Shown here piece after piece: positions 1-10,456 of a DNA stretch of 64,000 bases (position 1 is its first letter; each line of letters opens with the position of its first letter). The position numbers and the translations under genes were made by a program. The notes under the pieces are model-generated. The model saw only the letters and a list, made by a program, of their open reading frames with translations. It was not told where the DNA came from and searched no databases. Source of the stretch: an uncultured virus (IMG/VR IMGVR_UViG_3300035689_000001) (Duplodnaviria; Heunggongvirae; Uroviricota; Caudoviricetes); the IMG/VR virus record IMGVR_UViG_3300035689_000001. One strand, given 5' to 3'.

Positions 1-127
1 AAAAGTCTGTGGACATGATGTAAGACGGGAACATGGCTTGTCTGTGTACGCAAACGTGGATGAAGCAGAAACCTAAATCGTGAGGTTTGGGAATCCCCAT
101 CCCTCTATAGGGTGGGGAGGATGTCAA
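1..127 (+). mobile_element. Right end of a non-autonomous IS200/IS605-derived element (continues left of the window)
   Basis: Identical over 127 nt to 62505..62631; ends in the subterminal hairpin CCCCATCCCTCTATAGGGTGGGG followed by AGGATGTCAA (TCAA terminus). Confidence 0.85.
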
Positions 128-166
128 ATAAACTACCCCATCCCTCTACAGGGTGGGGTAGTTTAT
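128..166. repeat. Palindromic IS200/IS605-end-like hairpin (REP/PATE-like)
   Basis: 13-bp arms ATAAACTACCCCA / TGGGGTAGTTTAT; the same hairpin core occurs reverse-complemented at 49421..49455. Confidence 0.7.
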
Positions 167-167
167 A

Positions 168-445
168 AAAGGTCAGACTCGCTTTAACGGCTTTGATGAC
201 AAGATTCTATCCCTCTATGCCAGGGGGATGAGTACCCGTGACATTGCAGATCAACTGCAAGACCTCTACGGGGTTGAGGTGTCGGCTGGGTTGATCTCGA
301 ACGTCACCGAGGCTGTGGAGGAAGAGCGCAAAGCGTGGCAGAATCGAGCGCTGGACTCGCTCTATCCCATCGTCTATTTCGATGCCATTGTGGTCAAAGT
401 TCGACAAGATGGACGGGTTATCAACAAGGCGATTCACCTGGCGCG
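168..445 (+). pseudogene. IS256-family transposase internal fragment
   Basis: Frame reads [26 protein letters not shown]...[36 protein letters not shown], typical of IS256; both ends missing. Confidence 0.85.
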
Positions 446-512
446 TGGGGAAGATACATTGCACTGCCTGTATTTTAGCGCGATCGCTCCTTCTAAGTAT
501 TTTGGAGGAAGA

Positions 513-1973
513 TCAGCGAAATGGGACTGCTGGCCCCCCATTGCCAGACACTGGGGGACGTGGCTGAATCGTGACGAATGGGTCAATTGGTTCGCCGTTG
601 CGGCGGATTTCGAAATGCAGATGATTGCCAAATGAGTGGCCTGTGTTGCCCATTTCCCCTAAATCCTGATTTTGCTCTACCTTTGTTCCTGGCGCGATGC
701 TGTCCGCCACCTTCGACAAGTGAGCGTATCGGGTTTCATCGCCATTGGGGTGTTGAATAAAAACTCGATTGCCGTAGCCGCCTCCACAGTTTACGTCCCC
801 CACTTGGCAATTACGAACCACGTCTTTCACGATGCCATCGGCAGACGCGACAATTCTACGGTTGGAACCTGCCAGATCGATTCCCTTGTGGTTTGACCCG
901 GTCGATGCCCTCCAGCCCATCCGTGAGATGCAGGCATTCCCGACGCAGGGATTGGCGTATTGCGTTGGCTGGGAGGTGACCGTAGGACGCGGCATCGGTG
1001 CAATGCCTTGATCTGGATTATTTAAAAATATCTGTGGCGGAGGAGTATTTGGATCTGGTTTGTATCCGTACAGTTCTGCCTGGATGCCGCCTGGTGATAG
1101 TGGATAGAAAATAATTTCATCGCAGGTATAAGTTCCGTCTAGATCTGTTGCGATGCCTTTTACTTCAAATGTTTTTTGGGCATCTAAATTCAGGATGGAC
1201 GGGTCTGCGTAGACATTTAGTAAACAACGAATTTCGTGAGATCTCAGGTTGTCGAGTGCGTGAAGGCCGAGTGCGTAGGAGAGTGCATCGCCTTGGGATT
1301 GTGGGTTGTGGATGCCCGCAATAGTTCTGGCGGATCCAGATCCAGGGTCAATGCAGCCAAGGCCAGCTCCTTGATTGATCGGCATTGCACCGATTGCGGA
1401 TGGATCAATGCCTCGATCGAATAATTTAAGGCAGCGATCGACGGATGCCGAAAATTTGTCGAACCCGTTAAGTCCGCCATTGACAGCTTGACGCACGCCG
1501 CGCCAATCACCACGTTCTGCCGACCGTTGTGGATTGTTGCCGGTTGCGCCTTTCCAGTACCACATAAAGATTCGGGCAGCGGTGGCTGGCTCCAGCGCCA
1601 TATCTGGGTTAGCGGTGAGGCCCGGTATGTTGAGATCGCGTTCAGCCTTCCGGTAGTTACTTTCCCAAGTAAGTTGCACATAGCCCCTACCGAACCAGGG
1701 CGAATATGGAGCGGTTGTGCCGCCAATTTCACGCACCGGGGCAAAACGTGGCAGTGTTTCTACATGGATTGTTGACATTATTGCGATCAACTGATTTCGG
1801 CTGGTTAGACCAGCCTCTGCCATCGCCCGCAGGATAAAGGGCAGGTTTCGTTCTAGTGTCCTACGTTCTGCATCTGGGAACGCCTGTAGCATCAAATCGA
1901 CAGGCGGATATATTTGGCTCCCGGGAACCGGGATCACGTCTGTTGATCGTTGTGGCGATATAGGGGTATTCAA
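513..1973 (-). CDS. Virion-associated peptidoglycan hydrolase: N-terminal GH19/lysozyme-like domain plus C-terminal M23 peptidase
   Basis: [14 protein letters not shown] (GH19-like motif); HKGID, GGGYGN, YAHL and HLHFEIR (M23 motifs); lies in the baseplate operon. Confidence 0.8.
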   Translation of the reverse strand: MNTPISPQRSTDVIPVPGSQIYPPVDLMLQAFPDAERRTLERNLPFILRAMAEAGLTSRNQLIAIMSTIHVETLPRFAPVREIGGTTAPYSPWFGRGYVQLTWESNYRKAERDLNIPGLTANPDMALEPATAARIFMWYWKGATGNNPQRSAERGDWRGVRQAVNGGLNGFDKFSASVDRCLKLFDRGIDPSAIGAMPINQGAGLGCIDPGSGSARTIAGIHNPQSQGDALSYALGLHALDNLRSHEIRCLLNVYADPSILNLDAQKTFEVKGIATDLDGTYTCDEIIFYPLSPGGIQAELYGYKPDPNTPPPQIFLNNPDQGIAPMPRPTVTSQPTQYANPCVGNACISRMGWRASTGSNHKGIDLAGSNRRIVASADGIVKDVVRNCQVGDVNCGGGYGNRVFIQHPNGDETRYAHLSKVADSIAPGTKVEQNQDLGEMGNTGHSFGNHLHFEIRRNGEPIDPFVTIQPRPPVSGNGGPAVPFR

Positions 1974-3175
1974 GTTCGGATTGGGTCAACCACTAAAGTG
2001 GACTGCACCTCTAGGAGATGCCATGGTTTAATATCGAGTTCTGCGATCGCTTGATCTGTGGTGGCGTGCTTTAGAGATATCTCCGGCACTCCGAAAATAC
2101 CATTCTGTTTCTCACACGCGATCGCCACGGTTTGGTCAAAATTTTGATCTCCCCATTTCCCGTGTGGAGGGTTAACGGTTGTTGAGATAGCGGTAGCGAC
2201 AAGGTTGAAAACGTCAGCGTTGGATAGATCTGGGCGTACCCGTGGTCGCAGGACGCCGTCAACTGGGATTACTTCGGCTGGTAACACTCGGATCTGGCGA
2301 TTGCGCAATACACGTTCATCCAGGATTGCATCCACCGCCGAAGTCACCGCTGGGGGATATACCGCGACACTGACGAGACTTCCGAAGTAACCATTGACCC
2401 CAGGGTTTACCCCGACCATTACGTTAACAGCTTCAGCGCCCGCCAGCTTGGCTGCATAGTGATAATCCTGTGCCGCTACGCATCGCAGCCCTGTTTTGAA
2501 ATTTTCACGGGTTCGCATAACTGCCTGGATCAATGTTTCGGGTGGTCGCCCTGGATTGACAACTACCCCATCATTAAAAGCTGTCTCCACGAATGGCAGC
2601 GATCGCGGCAATACTGTAAATTCTCGAATCCGCACACTGGCAAGACTATTGACTTGGTTAAGTCGGCACGGCACCGTAACGAAATGGATACCCTCCTGCT
2701 CCGGTTGCCCGATCGACGCGACTCCTTGAGCTGTTTTGCTGGTGATGCTATAGCAAGACAAATTCGGGTTGAATTGGCTCCGAATCTCCACGTTCAGCGG
2801 AATTGTCATCGGAATATTGGCAGCGATCGCATCCGGGGTACGGCGGAACACAACGTTGATGACTGGGTATTCGGCGGTCGATAGCGTGGTGCCAAGCATC
2901 CTGAGGATCAATATCCACAATCGATCTGGCACATGATTTAATTCCTGTGCCAACACATCTTGATGGAATGCGATCGCAGATGCCAATAGGGCATGGCCTG
3001 TTGTTGGGTCACGCGAGCTGAATGGCGACTCTTGCCCTGTTGGCAATGGCTGGGCAAGTCGATCCATTAATGCAGCGTATTGCTGTGCCACATCAATGTT
3101 GTATAGCGCGGGAGCTTGAATCAGATCAGGCTCTGCGTCCAAAAAAACGCTCAGATCAAAGTGTTGATCATACAT
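1970..3175 (-). CDS. Baseplate J / gp47-like wedge protein
   Basis: LNHVPDRLWILILRMLG, PGRPPETL..AVMR, RCVAAQDY resemble baseplate J motifs; adjacent to gp25-like gene. Confidence 0.75.
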   Translation of the reverse strand: MYDQHFDLSVFLDAEPDLIQAPALYNIDVAQQYAALMDRLAQPLPTGQESPFSSRDPTTGHALLASAIAFHQDVLAQELNHVPDRLWILILRMLGTTLSTAEYPVINVVFRRTPDAIAANIPMTIPLNVEIRSQFNPNLSCYSITSKTAQGVASIGQPEQEGIHFVTVPCRLNQVNSLASVRIREFTVLPRSLPFVETAFNDGVVVNPGRPPETLIQAVMRTRENFKTGLRCVAAQDYHYAAKLAGAEAVNVMVGVNPGVNGYFGSLVSVAVYPPAVTSAVDAILDERVLRNRQIRVLPAEVIPVDGVLRPRVRPDLSNADVFNLVATAISTTVNPPHGKWGDQNFDQTVAIACEKQNGIFGVPEISLKHATTDQAIAELDIKPWHLLEVQSTLVVDPIRT

Positions 3176-3180
3176 TGCAG

Positions 3181-3642
3181 TTACCGACTGAGGCGGAACC
3201 TTTCGCCGTTGATTTGAATTGAGTCCAAAAAATCATCTATCCCTTGACTCCAGATGGCACCTTGATATTGGTAATAGCCAAAGGTAAGGAAATTGGTATC
3301 TGGTTGAGACTTTGGGATAAACCGAATAACGGTAGAAATAGAATTTCGTTCTTCGGCAATTGTATCAACCCGCAGGCTCTGGATGCCTGTTACCCATTTG
3401 GCAATTTCTTGCTCAGCCTGCCATGCCCAGTAATTTGGTGCGTAGCCAGACAATGGTTCAAAAATCTCCAGGGACATCCCCATGTCCGGGTGGAGTGGAT
3501 TTTCGCCACGTCGTAGCAAGCAAATTGTCAGGATATCATGAGTGATTTTTTTGGTTCCGCTCACAATATTCAATCCTGCTACACCTGGATCCCATAAGGT
3601 CCAGGCTTGGCCAACGTAGGGATATAAATTGAGTCCAACCAT
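3181..3642 (-). CDS. GPW/gp25-like baseplate wedge protein
   Basis: ILTICLLRRGENPLHPDMG..IFEP resembles the gp25 T.xGERxxxPxFG motif; size and position fit. Confidence 0.75.
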   Translation of the reverse strand: MVGLNLYPYVGQAWTLWDPGVAGLNIVSGTKKITHDILTICLLRRGENPLHPDMGMSLEIFEPLSGYAPNYWAWQAEQEIAKWVTGIQSLRVDTIAEERNSISTVIRFIPKSQPDTNFLTFGYYQYQGAIWSQGIDDFLDSIQINGERFRLSR

Positions 3643-3674
3643 TTTAGGCTATCAACAGTAAATTCTGAATACCC

Positions 3675-5879
3675 TCAAAAGATAGGGCGAATGTATGGGC
3701 GAACCGTAACTGGCTCAAAATTGTAGTTTTCGATAATAACACCATTTTTGTATAGCGTCCCCACCCGCACCCCTGGGATATTTTCTAAAATCCCGGCAGT
3801 ATAGTTGGCTGGATCGATCAACAGTTCGTTTTGTGGCTGTACAATCACATCTCCCATTGCAATCCGATCAACTCTATCCAAAACCATCGTGTTGTTACTT
3901 AAATTCACAGATTGAATGATCACTTCAGCCCGATCTGCGTATTCCGGTGATACAACAAAAGCGCGGGTCTCTGTAAAAGATAAGACTGATCCCCCTACCT
4001 TTATCGTCCTAGTCGCAGGCGTAACCTCAGTAATTGTCTGTTGCTCAACTGGATCATACGGAAACCGAACCGATACAAATGATGGCCAATCGACATTGCC
4101 ATATGCCAGGTAATGACCCTCCAAAATGCCAGCTACAGAATCCAGCGTAATGTTTACATTGCGGCTATTTGGAATCGTGGCGATCGCCTCAATAGTGCAA
4201 CGGGCGATTACCACTGCACCACTGCCAACAACTCCATTGCCCCATCCACCACCGGGCACCCCCAGCGGCACTGCTGTGGCGAATCCTGAAAAGCCAAGAA
4301 TAGATACTGGTTGCAAATTTATGTAGCCCTGGCCAGACTCAACCGTTACGACCCTGCTGTTGCGATTTACCGACAGGATACCGTAATTTGCGATCGGGCG
4401 ATTCATGCCAGGAATTGTCACGGGGTTTAGCTGGATCAATGGTTGATGAGAAGAGATAAGCGACGGCTGGACTGCTGGATTATTGAATAGGTCAGCGGCC
4501 TCTTGTTGAAGAGTTTCTCCAATCGAAACTTCCCCATCCAACAACATTGAGTCCATCACGACAATGGTTCGAAGGGCACGCACCCCCTCTGATGTTGCAT
4601 TCAGGGCAACATTGCTACTGGAGATGTAGTTTACCAATGAAGTGCGCGCTACCAAGATATTATTAACTGCGATCCGCAATGTGGCAGATTCTTCGGCAAC
4701 CTGCACCCAGATTTTTACATCCTTGGCAGGCAATGGATCCGGCAGTGTTACAATTGCTGTGCCTGCCTGTACAGTCAACTTACTTTGATTGATCGAAAGA
4801 CGGAAATTGCCTGATTCTAGAAGGTTGCCGTCCCCCCGCCACAACTTTAAATCAACAAATACTGCAAATGTTTTGAGACCATTGATTGGACTGTTTCGCC
4901 ACCGCAAAATATCCCCAGATCGGATATTCATTGTATCTCGTTGATAGATCATGGAGGTGCGAAAAGGTAGTGGTTCCACCTGCACTCCACCCCAGTCCAT
5001 AACCGCAGATCGCTCACAATAAACTTCAAGTTCAACAGACTGTAGAGCTGGTCTTTCGATATTTAATCTTGTTGAAACTGTTGCGCCATCAAGGATTAAG
5101 TTTGTTGCCTCTAGGGTCAACGTTACGCTTCCGCCAGTCGCCGACGCTGTATTGTCGGTGATGCTATAGTAGACGGTTTCAGCCATCGCCTCAAACTGCG
5201 CCCGACCACCAACCAGATCCCCAGCTTGAACTGTATAGTTTGGGATCGCTACCGTGACGGTTGTGGTGGTGACAGCACTCACGACGTATCCACCATCATG
5301 GACAACATTCGGTGGCAATGTGGGCTGACGTCCCTGCGTTACAAAACTGGCTTCAAGGAATCGATAACGCCCCGTAAAATTATTTAAAAACGATAGGCTA
5401 ACGGATGGCGATCCCACCACCCCCCCGGTTATCCTCATTACGTCCAACGGGGCAAACTGCCCTGCGACCAGTCGCAGCAGTCCTGACATTGTGTAGGCTT
5501 GACCCGCTGGTAGCTGCATTGAATATCTCAGCACCTGGGTATTCCCTGTCCCTGGTATCCACACGACCCTGTCGGCTAGATAGCTGCCGTCTGGCCCCTT
5601 TGCCTCGTCAGGTTGCACCACGATATTTGAACCCTTGATCCAGAGAGGATTTAACAGGTTCATATTATGAAAAACAAAATTTTGGCCGATTGGTTCCAGG
5701 TGAATCGAGCTATCTTCTGGGTAAAAAGCTGGAGCATAAGCATTGACTGGATACAATTGCACCGATCCATCAATCTCTTGCTCCAATAACATCGACCCGG
5801 ATCGACTAAAATTTACATCCCGCCCTTGCACCAAATCGTAGATGCTACTATCGATCGCAAAAATATCACGCCGTACCAT
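3675..5879 (-). CDS. Putative phage structural protein (beta-rich, possible carbohydrate-binding/LamG-like region)
   Basis: 734-aa ORF rich in V/T/S/N, coupled within the baseplate block. Confidence 0.5.
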   Translation of the reverse strand: MVRRDIFAIDSSIYDLVQGRDVNFSRSGSMLLEQEIDGSVQLYPVNAYAPAFYPEDSSIHLEPIGQNFVFHNMNLLNPLWIKGSNIVVQPDEAKGPDGSYLADRVVWIPGTGNTQVLRYSMQLPAGQAYTMSGLLRLVAGQFAPLDVMRITGGVVGSPSVSLSFLNNFTGRYRFLEASFVTQGRQPTLPPNVVHDGGYVVSAVTTTTVTVAIPNYTVQAGDLVGGRAQFEAMAETVYYSITDNTASATGGSVTLTLEATNLILDGATVSTRLNIERPALQSVELEVYCERSAVMDWGGVQVEPLPFRTSMIYQRDTMNIRSGDILRWRNSPINGLKTFAVFVDLKLWRGDGNLLESGNFRLSINQSKLTVQAGTAIVTLPDPLPAKDVKIWVQVAEESATLRIAVNNILVARTSLVNYISSSNVALNATSEGVRALRTIVVMDSMLLDGEVSIGETLQQEAADLFNNPAVQPSLISSHQPLIQLNPVTIPGMNRPIANYGILSVNRNSRVVTVESGQGYINLQPVSILGFSGFATAVPLGVPGGGWGNGVVGSGAVVIARCTIEAIATIPNSRNVNITLDSVAGILEGHYLAYGNVDWPSFVSVRFPYDPVEQQTITEVTPATRTIKVGGSVLSFTETRAFVVSPEYADRAEVIIQSVNLSNNTMVLDRVDRIAMGDVIVQPQNELLIDPANYTAGILENIPGVRVGTLYKNGVIIENYNFEPVTVRPYIRPIF

Positions 5880-6669
5880 CTACTGCGCCTCCAAGGGTAT
5901 TGCGACGACCCTGCTGTTGAACAACAAATTTGTTCGGCTCAATAATCTGAGCTGCCATCAACAGCACTTCATTTTGCTGCTCTGGCGATAACCCAGACAA
6001 TATTTGCAACATATTTACCTTTGCCTGATCTATCGTAATCCCGTGCCGCAGCTCGACCTCTCGTTGGAGCAACAGGGATCGTTCAGATGTATCCAAGTGC
6101 GCGATCGCATTGGCGACCGTTACGGGTAAGCCGTTTTGTGCGGCCCACACTTCTGCCGCCACCATCCAGGCGGTTGCCTCCAGTGCTGCGGGAGGTGTAA
6201 ATTCTGCCTGGATTTCTTCAAATCCTTTACCAAGCAGATCATCTTGATGTGCCGCAGAGATTCGACTATGTTCCTTTTTACAGATTTCCAGTTCAAATAA
6301 TGCATCGCGGATCAACGGCTCTGACCGCTTTAGATCCAGTTCTAAATCCTCTATCTCTTGCTTCACTCTCTGTGCTCGAGTGGCAATCAATCCGCCTAAC
6401 CATAGAAAGTGGTTTAGCCATTTGATGTGCTGCCTCAGGCTATTTAATTTTGCCTGCGTACCTCGTTGCAGCCGTTGGTTGTGGAGTAGATCAGCCTCTT
6501 TTGCCTGGATTTCAACCTCCGCTTGCCGGAGACCTAAAAACCAGTGAATGCGTTCCATCTGCCCAATAATAAATCGAGTGCCCCAAAGCCCATTGGGGCT
6601 ATAGTGTGCAATTGGCATTGATGCTGTCGCACTAAACTGCATCAGAGATCTACGAAAATCCTGCACCAT
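5866..6669 (-). CDS. Hypothetical coiled-coil protein
   Basis: 267-aa ORF overlapping both neighbours; helical, E/Q/L rich. Confidence 0.55.
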   Translation of the reverse strand: MVQDFRRSLMQFSATASMPIAHYSPNGLWGTRFIIGQMERIHWFLGLRQAEVEIQAKEADLLHNQRLQRGTQAKLNSLRQHIKWLNHFLWLGGLIATRAQRVKQEIEDLELDLKRSEPLIRDALFELEICKKEHSRISAAHQDDLLGKGFEEIQAEFTPPAALEATAWMVAAEVWAAQNGLPVTVANAIAHLDTSERSLLLQREVELRHGITIDQAKVNMLQILSGLSPEQQNEVLLMAAQIIEPNKFVVQQQGRRNTLGGAVDGTA

Positions 6670-7900
6670 AATCCGAAACTGCTCCCATATCTGATTGCTG
6701 CTGTGATAGCTGTGCGGCTATCCTGCGATTTGGCTCCGGGACAATCCCGTAATCTACCCTGTCAATTGTACGGGTTCCAACCGGCTGGGTTGAGTGACCC
6801 CCTAAAGTGTATCCTCCATAGTGATCGCCTGTCCCAACAGCGCAGGTACGAGATTCTGTCAACTTTGCCGCCAGTATTGCAGGTGTCTCGGTTGCGAATG
6901 AAAACTTTGTGATCAGATCGCTATGGTAAACCCCGTTGATGTGGCCAGTATTGTGGCCACCCGTCAAAAATGCTTTTGTTTTATTGCCGAACGCAGCATG
7001 GACAAGGTGAAAATTGCTTTGAGTGATGGTTGTGCCGAGCATTGCTATCAGCTCAGGGATTGTTGGAAAGTAAATCCTCTCAATAGTATTGAGAGGAACA
7101 TCATTTACGCTATTAGCGCCACCACTATATATGTATCCATAGGATGCACTACAAAGACCATTGTGCGGAGAGATCCGTCTGGCCGACAGAAAGTCAGCCA
7201 CGTATGCTACCACTATCGGGGGACCAAACGAAACACGTTGCAGATGACGTGTCGCAACTCGCCAGTTGCCACCACCACCTACAACTAGCCCCTTGCTTCG
7301 ATCCTGTATCCCACCGGTCGCACCGATCCTTGGTTGCACCATGCTGGTGCCAGAACGCGCTGCTGTTTTGGATGCATATCGATACACATCAATGATGACA
7401 CTCCCGTTTACCCCGCTGCAGAACAAGCCTTGCTCCTGGTTCCCAACAGTTGCGGTATACACTTTGTTCTCAGATAATCGCGTCGTTAATGCCTCAATCG
7501 CCTGATTGCTATAGGTCAATTGATCCAGGCGGTCAAAGCCAGACGTTAAATTGTAACCACCTCCAAAAACCCCCACTGTCCCGGTTGTGCTGGGCTGCAC
7601 CATCGGGGCGGTCGGTTGCACCACATTTGTAGGCGGTGTCAGTGGCGGCGGATCAACTGGCGCGGGCGGCGCGGGCGGCGGCACAAATCTACCTACTGAA
7701 AGAATTGGCATCAACCCAGGGACTGCCCACAACCTCAAATTCTGCACCCCAACTGTCTGCTGTCCATTAATCCGCCGCGTATTCGCCTGCTGCCTAGCGG
7801 TGGCGATCGCCTCAGCATTTAGCCGCCTCACCGCATCTGCCAGGTCATCGCGCACCTGCACATCAAAATCATTTGGAAATAGCAGTGGATTAACCATCAC
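6650..7900 (-). CDS. Putative tail fibre / receptor-binding protein with beta-propeller-like repeats
   Basis: Pro-rich linker followed by repeated units (GVFGGG..DQLTY, GLVVGGG, GYIYSGG..IERIYF, AFLTGG..ITKFSF, GYTLGG..IDRVDY). Confidence 0.55.
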   Translation of the reverse strand: MMVNPLLFPNDFDVQVRDDLADAVRRLNAEAIATARQQANTRRINGQQTVGVQNLRLWAVPGLMPILSVGRFVPPPAPPAPVDPPPLTPPTNVVQPTAPMVQPSTTGTVGVFGGGYNLTSGFDRLDQLTYSNQAIEALTTRLSENKVYTATVGNQEQGLFCSGVNGSVIIDVYRYASKTAARSGTSMVQPRIGATGGIQDRSKGLVVGGGGNWRVATRHLQRVSFGPPIVVAYVADFLSARRISPHNGLCSASYGYIYSGGANSVNDVPLNTIERIYFPTIPELIAMLGTTITQSNFHLVHAAFGNKTKAFLTGGHNTGHINGVYHSDLITKFSFATETPAILAAKLTESRTCAVGTGDHYGGYTLGGHSTQPVGTRTIDRVDYGIVPEPNRRIAAQLSQQQSDMGAVSDYGAGFS

Positions 7901-10083
7901 GTTCTAAATAAATCAATTGCAGTACCCTGGTCGCTGTCAGCCACACAATTCTCGCCACCCCTCGTATTTCGCACCATCACCACTATTCGACGATCGCCAT
8001 TCGATTGTTGGGCCACGAACGAAACAACAATCTGAAATTCTGCATTATTCTGTAGGATTGGGCCACGGAAACCGATCATTTGCCCATTTGCCAGTAGCCG
8101 AATCGATAATGATCGAGGTTGTGGATTTTGCGCCGCCTGCGCCGACAAAATTTGTCCAGGCATCGGCAGCGCCAGTCCAGAACCGGAAATTAATGGCAAT
8201 TGCCGCAGCGTAACAGGCCCTGGGTACGGCTCACCCGCTAGTTGCACCGGTGCATTTAGCCGAAAGGCTGGTACTCCACCTGATACGATAGGCAGATGCA
8301 TTGCAATCGGCGATAGCCGAGTTTCTGCATCTCCTTGAAATACAGATCCACCTCCCCCTTGGGTATGGATAAAACATAATGGCCTAGACACGATCGTCGC
8401 GCCATTGATCCATTCCACTTCACTGGTTCCTTGGTAATCAGGAACAAGCATCATGAATTGCCAGACATCTACTGGGGCAGGGGCTTCATATATCAACGCA
8501 TTGAATGTGGTGCTTGGCGTCACCCCGGTAACGATCGGACGATCAATGCGTCCAGGTCGTCCCTGGATAAATGCAAAATTGCCACGCGCATCATCTGGAA
8601 TCACCAGAATGCCTGCACTGCTGGACGTAACGGAAACCTTTTTTAGAATGTAGTGCAATGCGGCTCGCTCAGGCCCAAACACTCCGATATAGGTACCGTT
8701 ACCAGCAGGTTCCGTGTATTCTGTCAAATCATTAGATGCCGCATCCCGCAGGTTGCCAGCCGATAGCTGAATGCTGTTGCGCCACCAATTCAAAACTTGT
8801 CGGAACGGAATTGAGAAGCCGCTGCCCGCCGGGTAAAAAATCCCTGGCGAGCAATAAACCCGTTGCCCCGGCAAAATGCTGCTATTCGCATCACCCTCCC
8901 ACACCAACGCGTTGGGGCTGCCGAGCTGGCGAAACGTGCCACGTTCCGACTGCTCTATTCCGTCTTGCGAATAGATCCGATGATCCAGTCGATTGGCTGA
9001 AAAAAAACTTCCCTGGATCGGGCTATTGAGCGATACCGTGATCAATGCTCGGCCAAAGCCATTATCTGTCGCCGCATCAATCCGGATCGCTGCCCGTTTT
9101 TCGATAATCGCTTGATTGCTAAATGAAACACGTTGCCCATTGGCGATGCAGGCCGTTCCATTCGGAGCTCCTGCGCCCACTCCCGGAAAACTTGAATTTC
9201 CGCCATTCGGGCCGGCACTCAGGTTTTGTACCGCATAGTCAAACCCCTTACCACCACCAGCACTACCTGAAAAAATTTCCCGCATCCTTCTCAGGTGCAA
9301 TGATTCCAGATCCTCATCCCGCCCGGATGGCCCAGTCAACAATAAATTAAACTGTGGATTCAGGCCAGCCTCACCAGTCGGCCCGTGGATATATCCAAAA
9401 TTGTTGTGTCGCTGTGCTCGTCGCACCGCAACCAGTTCCAGAATATTTACACTATCCCGGAAAATTTTGTATCCGTATGCACCCAGGTTTGGATCTCGTC
9501 CATAAACCCGATACTCGCCCAACTGAAACCCAATTCCCGATGTATCGGGAATTGTTAAAACATCAGTAGATGGCAACGCATTTAAAAAATTAGCGACCCC
9601 GATCTCTGTCGCAGACCACACCACTACCCAGAATGCGCGCATCCGCCGCGTATTCTCTTTGGTCGTTGTCGCAATCTCTTCCCCATCCTCGGTATAGTCA
9701 AATGTGTACTGCCCCAATACCGGATCCTGGACTTCCCCAACCTCGCTAACAAACGTAACAATATACAACCGATCTGTGCGCAGCAAACTCTGGCCACTAT
9801 CAGCGATCGCCGGAACCGTTACGCTGGTATCAATCTGCAACACCCCTGGGTAGCCCGGGACGATCGCCTGCCCTCCCGAAATATTTATCTGTCGGGTTCC
9901 GGATATGGAAAAACCAGGATGTTTTAACCACCCTGGTTTTTGGCTTGACGCAGCCAAGCTTCTTGAAATTTTGCTCGCCAGCGAGAGTTCGTCAGCTGTC
10001 GGCACCCTCGGATCGTGCTCCGACATCGGTGCGACAAAAATTACTCCTACATCATTCTCTCGCTGATCTAAAGGACCTGCCAT
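7897..10083 (-). CDS. Putative phage tail/baseplate structural protein
   Basis: 728-aa ORF, first gene of the minus-strand structural operon. Confidence 0.5.
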   Translation of the reverse strand: MAGPLDQRENDVGVIFVAPMSEHDPRVPTADELSLASKISRSLAASSQKPGWLKHPGFSISGTRQINISGGQAIVPGYPGVLQIDTSVTVPAIADSGQSLLRTDRLYIVTFVSEVGEVQDPVLGQYTFDYTEDGEEIATTTKENTRRMRAFWVVVWSATEIGVANFLNALPSTDVLTIPDTSGIGFQLGEYRVYGRDPNLGAYGYKIFRDSVNILELVAVRRAQRHNNFGYIHGPTGEAGLNPQFNLLLTGPSGRDEDLESLHLRRMREIFSGSAGGGKGFDYAVQNLSAGPNGGNSSFPGVGAGAPNGTACIANGQRVSFSNQAIIEKRAAIRIDAATDNGFGRALITVSLNSPIQGSFFSANRLDHRIYSQDGIEQSERGTFRQLGSPNALVWEGDANSSILPGQRVYCSPGIFYPAGSGFSIPFRQVLNWWRNSIQLSAGNLRDAASNDLTEYTEPAGNGTYIGVFGPERAALHYILKKVSVTSSSAGILVIPDDARGNFAFIQGRPGRIDRPIVTGVTPSTTFNALIYEAPAPVDVWQFMMLVPDYQGTSEVEWINGATIVSRPLCFIHTQGGGGSVFQGDAETRLSPIAMHLPIVSGGVPAFRLNAPVQLAGEPYPGPVTLRQLPLISGSGLALPMPGQILSAQAAQNPQPRSLSIRLLANGQMIGFRGPILQNNAEFQIVVSFVAQQSNGDRRIVVMVRNTRGGENCVADSDQGTAIDLFRT

Positions 10084-10180
10084 CTTGGTTCTCTATAGCT
10101 AGGTCCCCGCTAAGAGATACCTTAATTTACCATGTTACCCCATTGCTAGCATCGGTGATCGCCTGTCCGCAGCCCCTATT

Positions 10181-10239
10181 ATCTAAACCTCCGAGATACC
10201 CCGCCGTGTGGACGGACGGGGTATCTCGGAGGTTTAGAT
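10181..10239. repeat. Perfect 23-bp-arm palindrome made of two copies of an IS200/IS605-type end
   Basis: ATCTAAACCTCCGAGATACCCCG-13 nt-CGGGGTATCTCGGAGGTTTAGAT; arm matches the sequence at 62225..62246. Confidence 0.8.
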
Positions 10240-10295
10240 GAATCTGCCCCTCTGTCACTTTGGTTTTATATCCTGATATAAAATTGTCACAAGTG

Positions 10296-10331
10296 AGCTA
10301 GAAGCGCAACCCCAGCTAGAAGCGCAACCCC
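10296..10331 (+). repeat. Tandem 18-bp direct repeat in the divergent promoter region
   Basis: AGCTAGAAGCGCAACCCC twice; flanked by two TTTTATAT-N3-GATATAAAA palindromic boxes near 10264 and 10353. Confidence 0.75.
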
Positions 10332-10456
10332 AGATCGCCCGATTCTCGAAAATTTTATATTTTGATATAAAACCATTGGGGTTTCTATTGCCCCCACAAA
10401 AGACCTAAAATGTCCCCAAAGGGATAGGCTTTAGCGAGCACTCCAGGCGCGGTGGA

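Noticed and set aside
228..635. 135-aa ORF as an intact transposase
   Set aside because: IS256 similarity stops near 445; the rest is read-through antisense to the lysin gene
513..10083. Baseplate block as a stand-alone contractile injection system or tailocin
   Set aside because: terS and terL in the same window point to a DNA-packaging phage; not fully excluded without the flanks
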